64,000 nucleotides of DNA, taken from contig CAZSKP010000005.1 of the NCBI GenBank assembly GCA_964607485.1, forward strand, positions 101,052 to 165,051, written 5' to 3'. Shown piece by piece: positions 10,506 through 20,197 of this stretch. A program made the translations under genes and the position numbers. The DNA is from an uncultured bacterium (GTDB taxonomy: Bacteria; Abyssobacteria; SURF-5). The notes under the pieces were generated by a model. That model had not been told where the DNA came from. It worked only from the letters and a program-made list of their open reading frames with translations, and did not search any database. Position 1 is the stretch's first letter. The number at the start of each line of letters is the position of its first letter.

Positions 10506-11918
10506 TTGAGAATGCAGGATTCCGCCCGGACCCTGAACCGCATATTTCATCCGAAATCCGTCGCGATAGTGGGCGCTTCGGATAATCCGTTCAAGATGGG
10601 ATTCCGCTGTGTGGCGAGCCTGGTCGAGATAGGGTTCGAGGGAGGAGTGTATCCGGTCAACGACCGGGTGGATTCCATCTGCGGTCTGAAGACCTATCCA
10701 ACGCTCTTGGACGTGAACGGAGACGTGGATCTGGTCATCATCGTCGTTCCCGCGCAGCACGTGCCCGACGCGCTCAGGGCGGCCGCGCAAAAGCGCGCCG
10801 CGGGAGCGGTCATCATCACAGCCGGTTTCAAGGAAATCGAGGGCGACGAGGGCGCCGCGCTCCAGGCGGAGATAACGCGCATCGCGAACGACGCCGGCAT
10901 CAAGATAGTCGGCCCGAACACGTTCGGGATGGTTAATACGGTGGCCAACCTCAACGCCTCATTCACGCCGGTTTTCAGCCACCTAAAGCGTGGGACGATC
11001 AGCATGCTCGGCCAGAGCGGAGGTGTGTGCCACCTCGTTTCGTTCCAGGCGATTGACGAAGGAGTGGGAATGAACAAGGTGGTCGGGCTGGGCAATCGCT
11101 GCAACCTGAGCTTCCCGGAGCTGCTCGAGTACCTCGCCGACGACCCCGAGACCCGCACAATCATTCTGTACCTTGAGGGCATCGAGGAAGCGCGCGCCCT
11201 CATGGAAACCGCGAAGAGCGTGGCCCCGCGCAAGCCGCTCGTCGGGCTAAAGGTAGGACATTCCGAGGCGGCCTCGCGGGCGGTGCAGTCGCACACGGGC
11301 TCGCTGTCGGGCAGGAGCAACCTGTACTATGCGGCGTTCGAGCAGGCGGGCATCGTGCCCGCTCGCGACACGGTCGAGCTGCTGGACGTGGCGAAGATTC
11401 TCGACATGATACCGCCGCCTGCGGGCGACAGGGTTGCGGTCATGTCGTTCCAGGCGGGGCCGGGCATCATGCTCACCGATTTGTGCGTGAGCCATGGGCT
11501 GAGAATGCCGAGTCTTTCGCCCGACACTGTGGCCGGGCTCAAGCGGCTCTGGCCCGACTTCACCATCCGGAGCAACCCGGTGGACCTCGCGTTCCTTACC
11601 GACATGAGCATGTTCGGCGAGGCGGCGCGGCTGGTGCTGACGGACGAGAACGTGGACGCGGTCATCGTCTTCTATCTGGACTTCTTCGGCATGTTCACCA
11701 ACGCCGTGTCGCAGGACCTGCTTTCGTTGAAAGAGGAACTGGGAAAACCCATCGTCATGTGCGTGAATTTTCCGACCAGTGTGTCTGCCGGAGAGACCGT
11801 GGAAGCACTCGCCAAATTACAGGAGAACGGCATCCCGGTCTATCCGCTTCCCGAACGCGCCGTGAAAGCGCTGAAGGGGCTCGTCCGCCGGGGCGAGATA
11901 GAGAGAGCCCTGCGGTAA
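10506..11918 (+). CDS. acyl-CoA synthetase (NDP-forming) alpha subunit / CoA-binding protein
   Basis: PKSVAIVGAS, GPNTFG, QSGG, SHTGSL (phospho-His) and NPVDL. Confidence 0.9.
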   Translation: MRMQDSARTLNRIFHPKSVAIVGASDNPFKMGFRCVASLVEIGFEGGVYPVNDRVDSICGLKTYPTLLDVNGDVDLVIIVVPAQHVPDALRAAAQKRAAGAVIITAGFKEIEGDEGAALQAEITRIANDAGIKIVGPNTFGMVNTVANLNASFTPVFSHLKRGTISMLGQSGGVCHLVSFQAIDEGVGMNKVVGLGNRCNLSFPELLEYLADDPETRTIILYLEGIEEARALMETAKSVAPRKPLVGLKVGHSEAASRAVQSHTGSLSGRSNLYYAAFEQAGIVPARDTVELLDVAKILDMIPPPAGDRVAVMSFQAGPGIMLTDLCVSHGLRMPSLSPDTVAGLKRLWPDFTIRSNPVDLAFLTDMSMFGEAARLVLTDENVDAVIVFYLDFFGMFTNAVSQDLLSLKEELGKPIVMCVNFPTSVSAGETVEALAKLQENGIPVYPLPERAVKALKGLVRRGEIERALR

Positions 11919-11921
11919 CTA

Positions 11922-12332
11922 TCACACCTTTTCCGCGTACACCTTGAACAACACCCGCCCCAGACCTCCGTGCGCGGCCCCGGTGTCGATGCACTGGACG
12001 TGGTTGAAGATGTACTTGTTCGGGTCTTCTCCGGTCACTATGGCCGACAGCATCGCACGAATGGCGGTGTTCAGGGGCGTGATGGCGTCGGTGCAGACGT
12101 TGTCGGCGGTCGTCTCGTCCTTGTTCAGCATCGTGGCATTGAACACCAGCTTGTCGCCGGGTTTGTAGAAAGCGAAGCAGTTTTCCGATTCGACCACTTC
12201 CGCCACGATCTTGTAGCCCATCAGCGCCATGCTGTTCTCAAGCATGCGTTCCATCCCGGGGGAAAGCTTGTCGAGTTCCTCGTCGCTGATGCCAACCATG
12301 CTCTTTACCATCTCACGCGTTGCTTCATCCAT
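11922..12332 (-). CDS. hypothetical Cys-containing protein (TIGR04076-like)
   Basis: GGAG RBS upstream. Pattern KIVAEVV..C...YKPGD...C..A...C.D..G.V.F resembles that family. Confidence 0.6.
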   Translation of the reverse strand: MDEATREMVKSMVGISDEELDKLSPGMERMLENSMALMGYKIVAEVVESENCFAFYKPGDKLVFNATMLNKDETTADNVCTDAITPLNTAIRAMLSAIVTGEDPNKYIFNHVQCIDTGAAHGGLGRVLFKVYAEKV

Positions 12333-12434
12333 TTCTCTTCTCCTTGGTTACTGTACCCCTGTTTCGAAGTTCACGATGCCGCCACGAACCGTGGGAAGAA
12401 GCCAATCTCCATCCATGGTGCGGGCACATACGCG

Positions 12435-14096
12435 TCATTCCGCAATTCGGTGTGTCAATATGGCTCGCATGTCGGCGTAATACTTGCTCTCTCGCCGAAT
12501 CGCCACATCCGACAGTTTTCCCGCGAGCGGAAAGTATTCGTAATGACTGGCGAAGTATGGGTTCTCGCGCAGCCGTTTTACCGTTTCTCTGTAATCCGGG
12601 TGAGGCATATAGACCAAGTCCGGCCGATATTTTTCAAAAAGGAAATCCGCGGAAAATCCCCCGCGGGCGAATCTCGTCTCGTTCAGGCCCGTCAGGTCGA
12701 CGATGGTCTTCTTGGGATTGATTGCAGCCGGGAGACCGACCTCCGTGGTGGCGATGACGAGGTCGTCCGGCAGCAGCGAGAAATCGTCTAGACAGAACCA
12801 TGTGTCGCGGTAGCGATGCCAATAGTTTTCCATGATGTTGAACCGGGTGTAGTCGCCCGTGACGAGGCTTGTGCGAATATCTCTCGACACCTGGAGATAT
12901 CGAGGCAGAAGGAAACCCAGCAGGAAAAACGTGGCAAGCAGCACGACCGGTTTGGAGAAATTCGCGGATTTCCATTCCGGAAGCTTTTTGATAATTCTCG
13001 CGCCACCCTGAAAGGCGAGAAACATGAGCGCCGCCAGCGTCGGAAAATAGAAGCGCTGATTGTAGTGCATTATCTGCAACACGAAGAATAAGTAGTACAG
13101 GATGAACAAGCCCGTTGCGACGATGAGCCCTTTGTCGGTCGCCGAGGTCTCCCGCCGCCATCCTTTGAAGTAGATGAAGAAGTTCGCACCGATTATCAAA
13201 AACAAATACCAGTATGAATTGACGTAGGTGAGAAGCTCGTTGACGGGTGTGTCGGAATATTTCTTGTATATGAAATCTCCGTAAAGCTTCGAGCCTTTCG
13301 CGTAGAACGACAGTGGCAGGGGCGAGTTGAAATACCCTGAAGCCAACCACGCCTGGCCGCCTGCAACGACGGCGGTAACACAAATGACAATGAGCGCGTT
13401 CCGTTTGGCCTTGCGGTCTGAGGCGAAGACGATGATCGAAGCGGGGACGACGAATGAGTAGAGCAGCAGGTCGGGCCTTGCCGAAAATGCCAGGCCGCCC
13501 CACACTCCCATCAGCGCGATGCTCGCCCCGGATGCCGACCGCTCATGCCATTTACTGATGAAAATATATGCCGCCAGAAAGGCGAGCGCGAATGCGGTGT
13601 CCATGCCGCTGGTGAAATGCGCCGCCAGCGGATTGATAGAGTTACCGACGACAAGGGAAAAGGCGATGATCAGAAGCAAAGAGCGTTTTGCCGCAGGCTC
13701 GGCGTCCACATATCGCAGCAGCATCACCATCAGGATGAGAAACAAGACGCCGCATATGAGGCTCGATAGCAGGGCGGTCGCGACGGGATTGTGAGCGAAC
13801 AAGGCGCGGAGCGGCACGACGATGCCGAGAAACAAGGGGGAGGTCAGACCGTAAGTCGGCTCGCCTCCGGGATTCCACGAAAGTTTTCCATGAGCGAGCA
13901 CGTTGTCTGCGTATCGGATGAACATGAATGAATCGTCCCAGATGTCGCCTCGGAAGAACTGGTTGCATATCTCCAGAACGATTATTCCGCAGCAGGCAAG
14001 CAGGACAAGCCAGTAACATGTCTTTAGAAGTCTGCGCTCCTCGACCACGTTTTCGCGAGGTAGCGTGTCCGATGAGGCCATGGAGTCGTCAATCAC
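12435..14096 (-). CDS. polytopic membrane protein, probable GT-C glycosyltransferase
   Basis: DDSFMFIRYADN...G.LSWNPG...GLTSPL, SGMDT, ARPD and DLTGLN motifs; many TM helices. Confidence 0.7.
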   Translation of the reverse strand: MIDDSMASSDTLPRENVVEERRLLKTCYWLVLLACCGIIVLEICNQFFRGDIWDDSFMFIRYADNVLAHGKLSWNPGGEPTYGLTSPLFLGIVVPLRALFAHNPVATALLSSLICGVLFLILMVMLLRYVDAEPAAKRSLLLIIAFSLVVGNSINPLAAHFTSGMDTAFALAFLAAYIFISKWHERSASGASIALMGVWGGLAFSARPDLLLYSFVVPASIIVFASDRKAKRNALIVICVTAVVAGGQAWLASGYFNSPLPLSFYAKGSKLYGDFIYKKYSDTPVNELLTYVNSYWYLFLIIGANFFIYFKGWRRETSATDKGLIVATGLFILYYLFFVLQIMHYNQRFYFPTLAALMFLAFQGGARIIKKLPEWKSANFSKPVVLLATFFLLGFLLPRYLQVSRDIRTSLVTGDYTRFNIMENYWHRYRDTWFCLDDFSLLPDDLVIATTEVGLPAAINPKKTIVDLTGLNETRFARGGFSADFLFEKYRPDLVYMPHPDYRETVKRLRENPYFASHYEYFPLAGKLSDVAIRRESKYYADMRAILTHRIAE

Positions 14097-15712
14097 CTCC
14101 CCGGCGCGTCCGCATGCCTGGGAACCGAGGGGAAAAGTTCCCTGTCGGTGTGTGGAATGAAGATGGCGGCGTTGAGCCTGTTCATGAATTCGTTGTCGGT
14201 TGTCAACTGGAGATAGGCGGTTTTGCTGCGAATCGACTCTACCTCGTCGCGCAGTTTATATGAAGCGAGCATCAGACATGCTCCCAGCCCGGCGCTGTTC
14301 CCCAACACTTGGAATCGTTCCAGGGGGATATCGGGAACCATGCCGATCGTGACAGCGTGTCTCGGGTCGATGTGTTCGCCGAAACTGCCCGCGACGAAAA
14401 AGGTTTCAATGTCGTCGAAGCCGACACCCATTCTCTCGGTGACGAGCGTGAGCGCCGTGTACATCGCGCCCTTCGCTCTCATGAGATTCCCTATGTCCAG
14501 TTCATCAACGACAATGTCTTTTGCGCCATTTCGCTCGCCGGCCATAACGACCGCGTAGCCTCTTACATCGTCACTCGTTCTGAGCCGGGGCGTCACGAGG
14601 CGGTCCGTGATGCGTCCCTTGGAGTCGATGGCTCCGGAGAGATACAGTTCCGCAACCAGGTCGATGAGGCCCGAGCCGCAGATGCCCTCGGCCGGACCTC
14701 CCCCGATGACCTCGACGGTGGGCTCGAGGGTTTCCCTGTCGATTCGGACCCTCTCGATTGCGCCGTTCGCTGCGCGCATGCCCGCCTTTGCGCCGCCGCT
14801 CTCCAGCGCAGGTCCGGCGGCTCCCGCGCACACGACGAGCCAGTCGCGGTTGCCCAGCACTATCTCGGCGTTTGTTCCCACGTCCACCAGCAGCGAAAGT
14901 CCGCTCCTCCTGTGCATTCCAGACGCCAGAATCCCGGCAACGACATCACCCCCGAAGTAGCTGCCGAGGTTGGGAAACACGTAAACGGGCGCATCCGCAT
15001 GGGCGCTCAACATCAGCTCTCTCGCCTTCAGCAGCAACGCCCGACCGGTCACCGGCACGTAAGGTTCTCGGCACAGGTGGTACGGGTCCAGGCCGAGCAG
15101 CAGGTGCATCATCGCGGGGTTCCCGGCCACGCTGACCGCGTAGATATCGTTCGCGCGCAACTCCTGCGCCTCTGTGAGCGCGGCGACGGCCTCGTTGATG
15201 CATCCCACGACCGAGTCCCGGAGCGTCGCCAGCCCGCCGGGCGTCTGGCAGAAATGGATTCTCGAAAGGATATCCTCGCCGCAGGCGGTTTGGGGATTCT
15301 CCATCGCCATTCTGCCGGCTATCTCTCCGCTTGTCATGTTGACGAGGTAGAGGCTAACCGTGGTCGTCCCCACATCGATTGCGAGGCCGAAGCAATCGGT
15401 AGTGTCATGGCCTTCGAGCAGGTCGATGAGCTCCCACGTTCGCTCGCCTTGCGCCACGACGGCGGTCACCCGGAACAAGGCATTTCGCAGTACCGCACCG
15501 ATTCGGCGGATAAGGCCCAGCGACACTTCCACCTCTTCTGGAGCCGGTTCTCCCAGAGTCAGACCGTCGTGCAACGCCGAGAGCACCCTTTCGACGTCTC
15601 CCAACGGGTCTTCGAGCGTCGGTTTCAACAGCTCGAGCCGGTGTTTGCGTGCAATCGGGTCGTCATGTGGGAGCGTAATCGGTCTCTCGCCGTCTTGACT
15701 TGAAAGAAACAT
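14093..15712 (-). CDS. ASKHA-domain ATPase (RACo/DUF4445 corrinoid-activator family), no N-terminal ferredoxin
   Basis: AIDVGTTT, GEDILSRI, DVGTNAE, AGPALE and GICGSG motifs. Confidence 0.88.
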   Translation of the reverse strand: MFLSSQDGERPITLPHDDPIARKHRLELLKPTLEDPLGDVERVLSALHDGLTLGEPAPEEVEVSLGLIRRIGAVLRNALFRVTAVVAQGERTWELIDLLEGHDTTDCFGLAIDVGTTTVSLYLVNMTSGEIAGRMAMENPQTACGEDILSRIHFCQTPGGLATLRDSVVGCINEAVAALTEAQELRANDIYAVSVAGNPAMMHLLLGLDPYHLCREPYVPVTGRALLLKARELMLSAHADAPVYVFPNLGSYFGGDVVAGILASGMHRRSGLSLLVDVGTNAEIVLGNRDWLVVCAGAAGPALESGGAKAGMRAANGAIERVRIDRETLEPTVEVIGGGPAEGICGSGLIDLVAELYLSGAIDSKGRITDRLVTPRLRTSDDVRGYAVVMAGERNGAKDIVVDELDIGNLMRAKGAMYTALTLVTERMGVGFDDIETFFVAGSFGEHIDPRHAVTIGMVPDIPLERFQVLGNSAGLGACLMLASYKLRDEVESIRSKTAYLQLTTDNEFMNRLNAAIFIPHTDRELFPSVPRHADAPGR

Positions 15713-15745
15713 AAGATTTCGACGATTCGCCTGTAGATTGCGCGC

Positions 15746-15976
15746 TCAGCTTTCGAGCAGAGCCTTGAGCAATTCCAGACTCGACGGCTGACCGCCGATG
15801 CCGAAGTTTTCGGCCGGAATCTCCTCTATCAGGCACCACGTGAATGGCTGGAGCTTTTCCTTCGGATGGGGTCTGGCCTCTATCTCGGCCACGACCTCCG
15901 TCACGCGGGCTATCATTTCCCTCTTCTTCTCTTCCGACAGCACACCCTCGAACACCTTGATTTGAATCAGCGGCAT
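15746..15976 (-). CDS. 4-oxalocrotonate tautomerase family protein
   Basis: Starts MPLIQIK (catalytic Pro1) after an AAGGAGG RBS; IEEIPAENFGIGG. Confidence 0.85.
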   Translation of the reverse strand: MPLIQIKVFEGVLSEEKKREMIARVTEVVAEIEARPHPKEKLQPFTWCLIEEIPAENFGIGGQPSSLELLKALLES

Positions 15977-16198
15977 GATTACCTCCTTTGAATTGCAGGC
16001 CACAAGGCTGCCAATTACTTTACCATTTCACTCGGTCGATTAACAAGAGTTTTGATGGGCGGGAGTAGTGCGGGTAGGCGCAATCAATAGTGCGGGGACA
16101 AGATAACGCAAGCTACAGACATGTCTCGCTTCCGCTTGCGGATGGTAAGCGATAGGCGAAGCTCGCCGTGAAAGACGACGCTCCTGACCTTAGCTCGC

Positions 16199-16354
16199 TC
16201 AGAACTTGTACGCGCCGGTTATCAGAACGAGGAAAATCAGGAGCGCAACACCGAGAATGAGGCTGTAGCCGATCAGTTTCTTTTCAGTGGAGGAAAGAGG
16301 TTCCGCCTTCTCCTCCATCTCCTCGGCTATCTTGTTTTCCGCTGGGTCGGTCAT
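16199..16354 (-). CDS. small single-TM protein (51 aa), absent from the ORF track
   Basis: Hand translation: MTDPAENKIAEEMEEKAEPLSSTEKKLIGYSLILGVALLIFLVLITGAYKF*. GGAGAG RBS; lies directly behind the transporter gene. Confidence 0.75.
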   Translation of the reverse strand: MTDPAENKIAEEMEEKAEPLSSTEKKLIGYSLILGVALLIFLVLITGAYKF

Positions 16355-16392
16355 TTTCTTTCTCTCCTAAAAGACTCTTGACAAACTCGGCC

Positions 16393-17844
16393 TCACTGAA
16401 TAATGGGCGGCAAGATGCCGTGGAAGAACAGGAAGGAAATAAGCAGACCCACCCATATGATGAACCCGAAAAGGCACAGCAGGTACACCAGCGCGAGCTT
16501 TCCCATTCCTTCCTTTCTCAACGAGGCAAAGTTCGAGATCACTCCTATCGAGAAAAATGTCAGGGCGAAAAAGAGCTGCCGCAGGCTGTTGGTCCCGGAG
16601 ATGCCCTCCTTTAGAGAGGGAACCAGCTTCGACACCGACAACCCAAGCGCCGCAACAAACAGGAAGGTGAAGAAATATCCGATGACGAACTTCGGGAACC
16701 GATACCATATCTCCATCTTCGGCACCTTGACGCCCGGCTTCTTTTCTATTCCATACACCCAGACGATTGCCAATACGAATGCCCAGATGCCGATGAATAT
16801 GTCGATGAAGATTTTCGTCGTCACTCCGGCCGTGAGTATCCAGTCCTTCTCGTAATTTATTCCCTGGACACTTAATGCTTTGGCGCGGATGAGGGCATCG
16901 GTTACCGCGCCGCTCGCCGCCGCCGCGCCGTCGGTCTTTATCGCGAGCCCCATCCAGGCGCCCGCGACCATCGGCTCCTTGTATAGCCACGCCTGCGCAG
17001 CGAACGGAATTATCACAAGCTCGACCACCGCAAAGACGATGACCAGCGAGGAAACGATGACGGGCACCACGGGCCGCGCCCTGATCGCTCCCCCCGTCGC
17101 GATGGCGGCCGACACCCCGCAGATGGAGATTCCCGATGCCAGGGGAGCGGCCCATTCCGGCGTGAGCTTGAACCATCTCCGGGCTATGAAATAGACGACA
17201 GGCCAGTAAATCAAATAGGCCTCGACGATGGCGCAGAGACCCCGGAAGAATATGGTTTTTGCCAGACCGAACGAATGGAATGTCTTCAGGCCGACCACCG
17301 CGCCCAAAATCACGATGGCCGTCTTGATGAACCATTCCGGTTTTGCCGCGTCTTCAAGATATTTCGCCAGCCCCTTGAAGAAATTTCCCACGATGAGGCC
17401 CGCGATGAGCGCGACGATGTATCCCGCCTCCCCTGTCAGGCTCATCGACCACGAAATGCCGAATTTCTCCCGGACGTTGGGCGTCGCCGCGATGTATGCC
17501 CAGTGTCCTGCGACCCAGCAGATGTAGGTGAGCCAGAATATTATGGAAAAGCCCAACAGATACTTTTTCAGCTTTGTTCCCAACGAGACCGCGCCGATTG
17601 CAGTGATTACCGTGACGAAGACGTACGTGAGGAGCAGCGAAAGGAGTCCCGGAATCGCGCCGTACTGTTCGGACGTGGTGCTCAGCGCTTTCGAGAGACT
17701 CGTATAAACATTCGTCTTAGCCACCCACCCAAGCAGATCCACTCCGAGCAGCGAGTTGCCCGTGCCCAGAAACACTATGAAGAGCCCGAGCCATACTGAC
17801 CACCAGTCCTCGGTGTTGAAGGATGCTCTCTCATCTCTGGCCAT
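16393..17844 (-). CDS. putative sulfate exporter family (YeiH-like) transporter
   Basis: EDWWSVWLG, SICGVSAAIA and RFPKFVIG motifs; AAGGAGG RBS before the ATG at 17844. Confidence 0.88.
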   Translation of the reverse strand: MARDERASFNTEDWWSVWLGLFIVFLGTGNSLLGVDLLGWVAKTNVYTSLSKALSTTSEQYGAIPGLLSLLLTYVFVTVITAIGAVSLGTKLKKYLLGFSIIFWLTYICWVAGHWAYIAATPNVREKFGISWSMSLTGEAGYIVALIAGLIVGNFFKGLAKYLEDAAKPEWFIKTAIVILGAVVGLKTFHSFGLAKTIFFRGLCAIVEAYLIYWPVVYFIARRWFKLTPEWAAPLASGISICGVSAAIATGGAIRARPVVPVIVSSLVIVFAVVELVIIPFAAQAWLYKEPMVAGAWMGLAIKTDGAAAASGAVTDALIRAKALSVQGINYEKDWILTAGVTTKIFIDIFIGIWAFVLAIVWVYGIEKKPGVKVPKMEIWYRFPKFVIGYFFTFLFVAALGLSVSKLVPSLKEGISGTNSLRQLFFALTFFSIGVISNFASLRKEGMGKLALVYLLCLFGFIIWVGLLISFLFFHGILPPIIQ

Positions 17845-18149
17845 TTGAGTCTCCTCCTTGAGTAGCCACTGTATCCGTGGTGCCAGGCAAACAGTGGTCG
17901 GTTGAGATGTACGGGAATGGGAGAGCTGAATGTCCGGAAAAAGGGGCCGTCTTGCAGAAGGTGGCAACTGAGTCCCTCTGCCAAGCCATGCGGGGCAGGA
18001 CGCTCACTAGGGCCTTTGAGTTTCGCCATCTGGCCCCTGATTGGAATGGGGTGAACAAGGCGCCGGGGCTCCTCTTCACGCGTTCCCTAGTAAACCATCT
18101 CCAATTTTAGTAGAGCAGGCCGCATATGTCAAGAATTTATCTGATGGTC

Positions 18150-19274
18150 TCAGAAGCCAAGAGCGCGAAGGCAGCTCCGGCAGGGGAGCGGAAGCGGGGC
18201 CTCTTCCTCTTCCGCCGCGGTTTTCCGCAGGGCAACAGAGGCGCCGCCGTCCGCTTCCGGCGGCAAGAAATATTGCATCGGGTTCGGCCGAAGCTCGACC
18301 TCTTCACGCCTGGCATGAGCCTCCCTGAACCCTGCGTATCGGGGTGAATTCCATATTTCCAAAAGGGATAGCTCGGCCACGCGTCCGAGAACAAACCTCT
18401 CCACGCTGAGTGTCCGGCCAAGGTATCGTCTCGGGATATTTCCGCTTATCGGAGGATTGAGGAACACGCAGGGAGACACCTCTCCTCGAACGCCGATGTA
18501 CAGATTTCGCCGTGGCTCTTCGCGACAGACCGCCGTCGGCGTCTGCTGCGCAGGCTCATGATAGAAAGGAAGCGAGAGAAGCCTTGAGAGCCACGAGGCC
18601 CGGCGCAGATGTTTTCTCACCTGCCTGAGCCAGGAGGCACCCTCGTCGAGAAACACAAGATTGTTCTCTTGTTCCGGCGTGGAGACCAGAATGGGATTAA
18701 TCGCTGTCACACTTTCGGTGCCCGCCTTTCTCGCTTTCCGCGCCGCCCGTGCGAGCGTCGATATGTTTGCCCGCGTCATCTGGAATGATGCGACAATTCG
18801 CGGAACTCTCGACCTGCGCTGCGATTTCAGCTCCTTCATCATCCGGATTTTTCCCAAGATTTGCTCCAACTCCGTGCCCGGTCGGTTCTCCTCATGGCAT
18901 GCGGATGTTCCGCCGCCCAGGGAGAAAATGATCGAGTCGAGCCCGGCCTCGATCAAACGGCCGGCCGTCGCGTCTGTGAGCAGGGTGCCGTTGGTGGTTA
19001 TCGAAGCCCTGCTCCCTCTTTCCGAAATCGCCCGGACGAGATCGGGCAGGTCTGCTCTCAAGAGCGGTTCGCCCCATCCCTGCAGATGATACAGCCGGCC
19101 TTCGGCTGCGGTCTCAGACACCACCCTTTCGAACACGCTTGAGGAGAGGTCTTCGGAAATCCACTGTGACTTCAGCTCGGGAACGCTTCGCGGACATGCG
19201 GGACAACTCAGGTTGCAGCGACTCGTCACTTCGATCTGAATGATGCCCGGCAGCTCCGGTGAGGATATAGGCAT
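18150..19274 (-). CDS. radical SAM protein with SPASM/twitch domain
   Basis: CNLSCPAC, GWGEP and TNG motifs; C-terminal C...GEVSPC...CRSC. Confidence 0.88.
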   Translation of the reverse strand: MPISSPELPGIIQIEVTSRCNLSCPACPRSVPELKSQWISEDLSSSVFERVVSETAAEGRLYHLQGWGEPLLRADLPDLVRAISERGSRASITTNGTLLTDATAGRLIEAGLDSIIFSLGGGTSACHEENRPGTELEQILGKIRMMKELKSQRRSRVPRIVASFQMTRANISTLARAARKARKAGTESVTAINPILVSTPEQENNLVFLDEGASWLRQVRKHLRRASWLSRLLSLPFYHEPAQQTPTAVCREEPRRNLYIGVRGEVSPCVFLNPPISGNIPRRYLGRTLSVERFVLGRVAELSLLEIWNSPRYAGFREAHARREEVELRPNPMQYFLPPEADGGASVALRKTAAEEEEAPLPLPCRSCLRALGF

Positions 19275-19341
19275 GATGGCAACCAGCCGAGGCGGTTAAC
19301 GAAGGGAAGCTCGACGAACGATGGTCATTTCCCCTGTCGGC

Positions 19342-20127
19342 CTATGGGTCGAAGTGCTCCGAAATGCGCTCAATACTGACGCCGCGCCCGGTAGAATCAT
19401 CGACCTCCACCAGCACGGCCTGAAGCTGCAAGTTCTCTTCGGCGACCTCAAACCGCGAAGGTATGCCCGTGACGAAACGCGTGAGCACCTGCTCCGGTTT
19501 CATTCCGATTATGCTGTCGTGGGGACCGGTCATGCCCACGTCGGTGATGTAGGCGGTTCCGTGGGGAAGTATTCGCTCGTCGGCGGTCTGAATGTGGGTG
19601 TGAGTGCCCAACACGGCCGATGCCTTCCCGTCGAGGTACCATCCCAGCGCCATCTTTTCCGAGGTAGCCTCGGCGTGCATGTCGAGTATGACAACGGGTG
19701 TCTGTTCCCTTAACTCTTCGGCGAGTTCCAATCCGGTTCGGAACGGACAATCGTTGCTCTCCATGAAAATGCGGCCGACCAGGTTGAATATTGCCGCGCG
19801 TCTGCCGTTGCCGGTATCGTAAATGATGCTTTTCGCGCCCGGGCTGCCGGGCGGATAGTTTGCCGGTCGCACGATGTTGTCCATCGAATCGATGGCTTTG
19901 CTCAACTCCGCCCTTCTCCACGTGTGATTTCCCATCGTGACGACGTTCACCCCATACCCCATGATTTCCCGGATGAGTTGCGGTGTGGCTCCCAGCCCTC
20001 CGGCAAGGTTCTCGCCGTTGGCGATGGTCACATCGGGGGCATGCTGCCGCTTCACCGACGGCAAGTGGTCGCGGAGTATGCGCCGACCTGGACCGCCCAC
20101 AACGTCGCCGATGAAGAGGATGCGCAT
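19342..20127 (-). CDS. ymdB: YmdB family metallophosphoesterase
   Basis: GDVVG, NGEN, HAEATSEK, GTHTH and TDVGMTG; downstream of rny. Confidence 0.93.
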   Translation of the reverse strand: MRILFIGDVVGGPGRRILRDHLPSVKRQHAPDVTIANGENLAGGLGATPQLIREIMGYGVNVVTMGNHTWRRAELSKAIDSMDNIVRPANYPPGSPGAKSIIYDTGNGRRAAIFNLVGRIFMESNDCPFRTGLELAEELREQTPVVILDMHAEATSEKMALGWYLDGKASAVLGTHTHIQTADERILPHGTAYITDVGMTGPHDSIIGMKPEQVLTRFVTGIPSRFEVAEENLQLQAVLVEVDDSTGRGVSIERISEHFDP

Positions 20128-20154
20128 GGAAAGTCCTTTCTCTTATGCGTTCAT

Positions 20155-20185
20155 AAAAAAAGCCCCTCCCGCGAGGGAGGGGCTT
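20155..20185 (-). terminator. intrinsic terminator after rny
   Basis: AAGCCCCTCCC-GCGA-GGGAGGGGCTT hairpin with a T-tract on the minus strand. Confidence 0.8.
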
Positions 20186-20197
20186 CTGAGTTACGAA

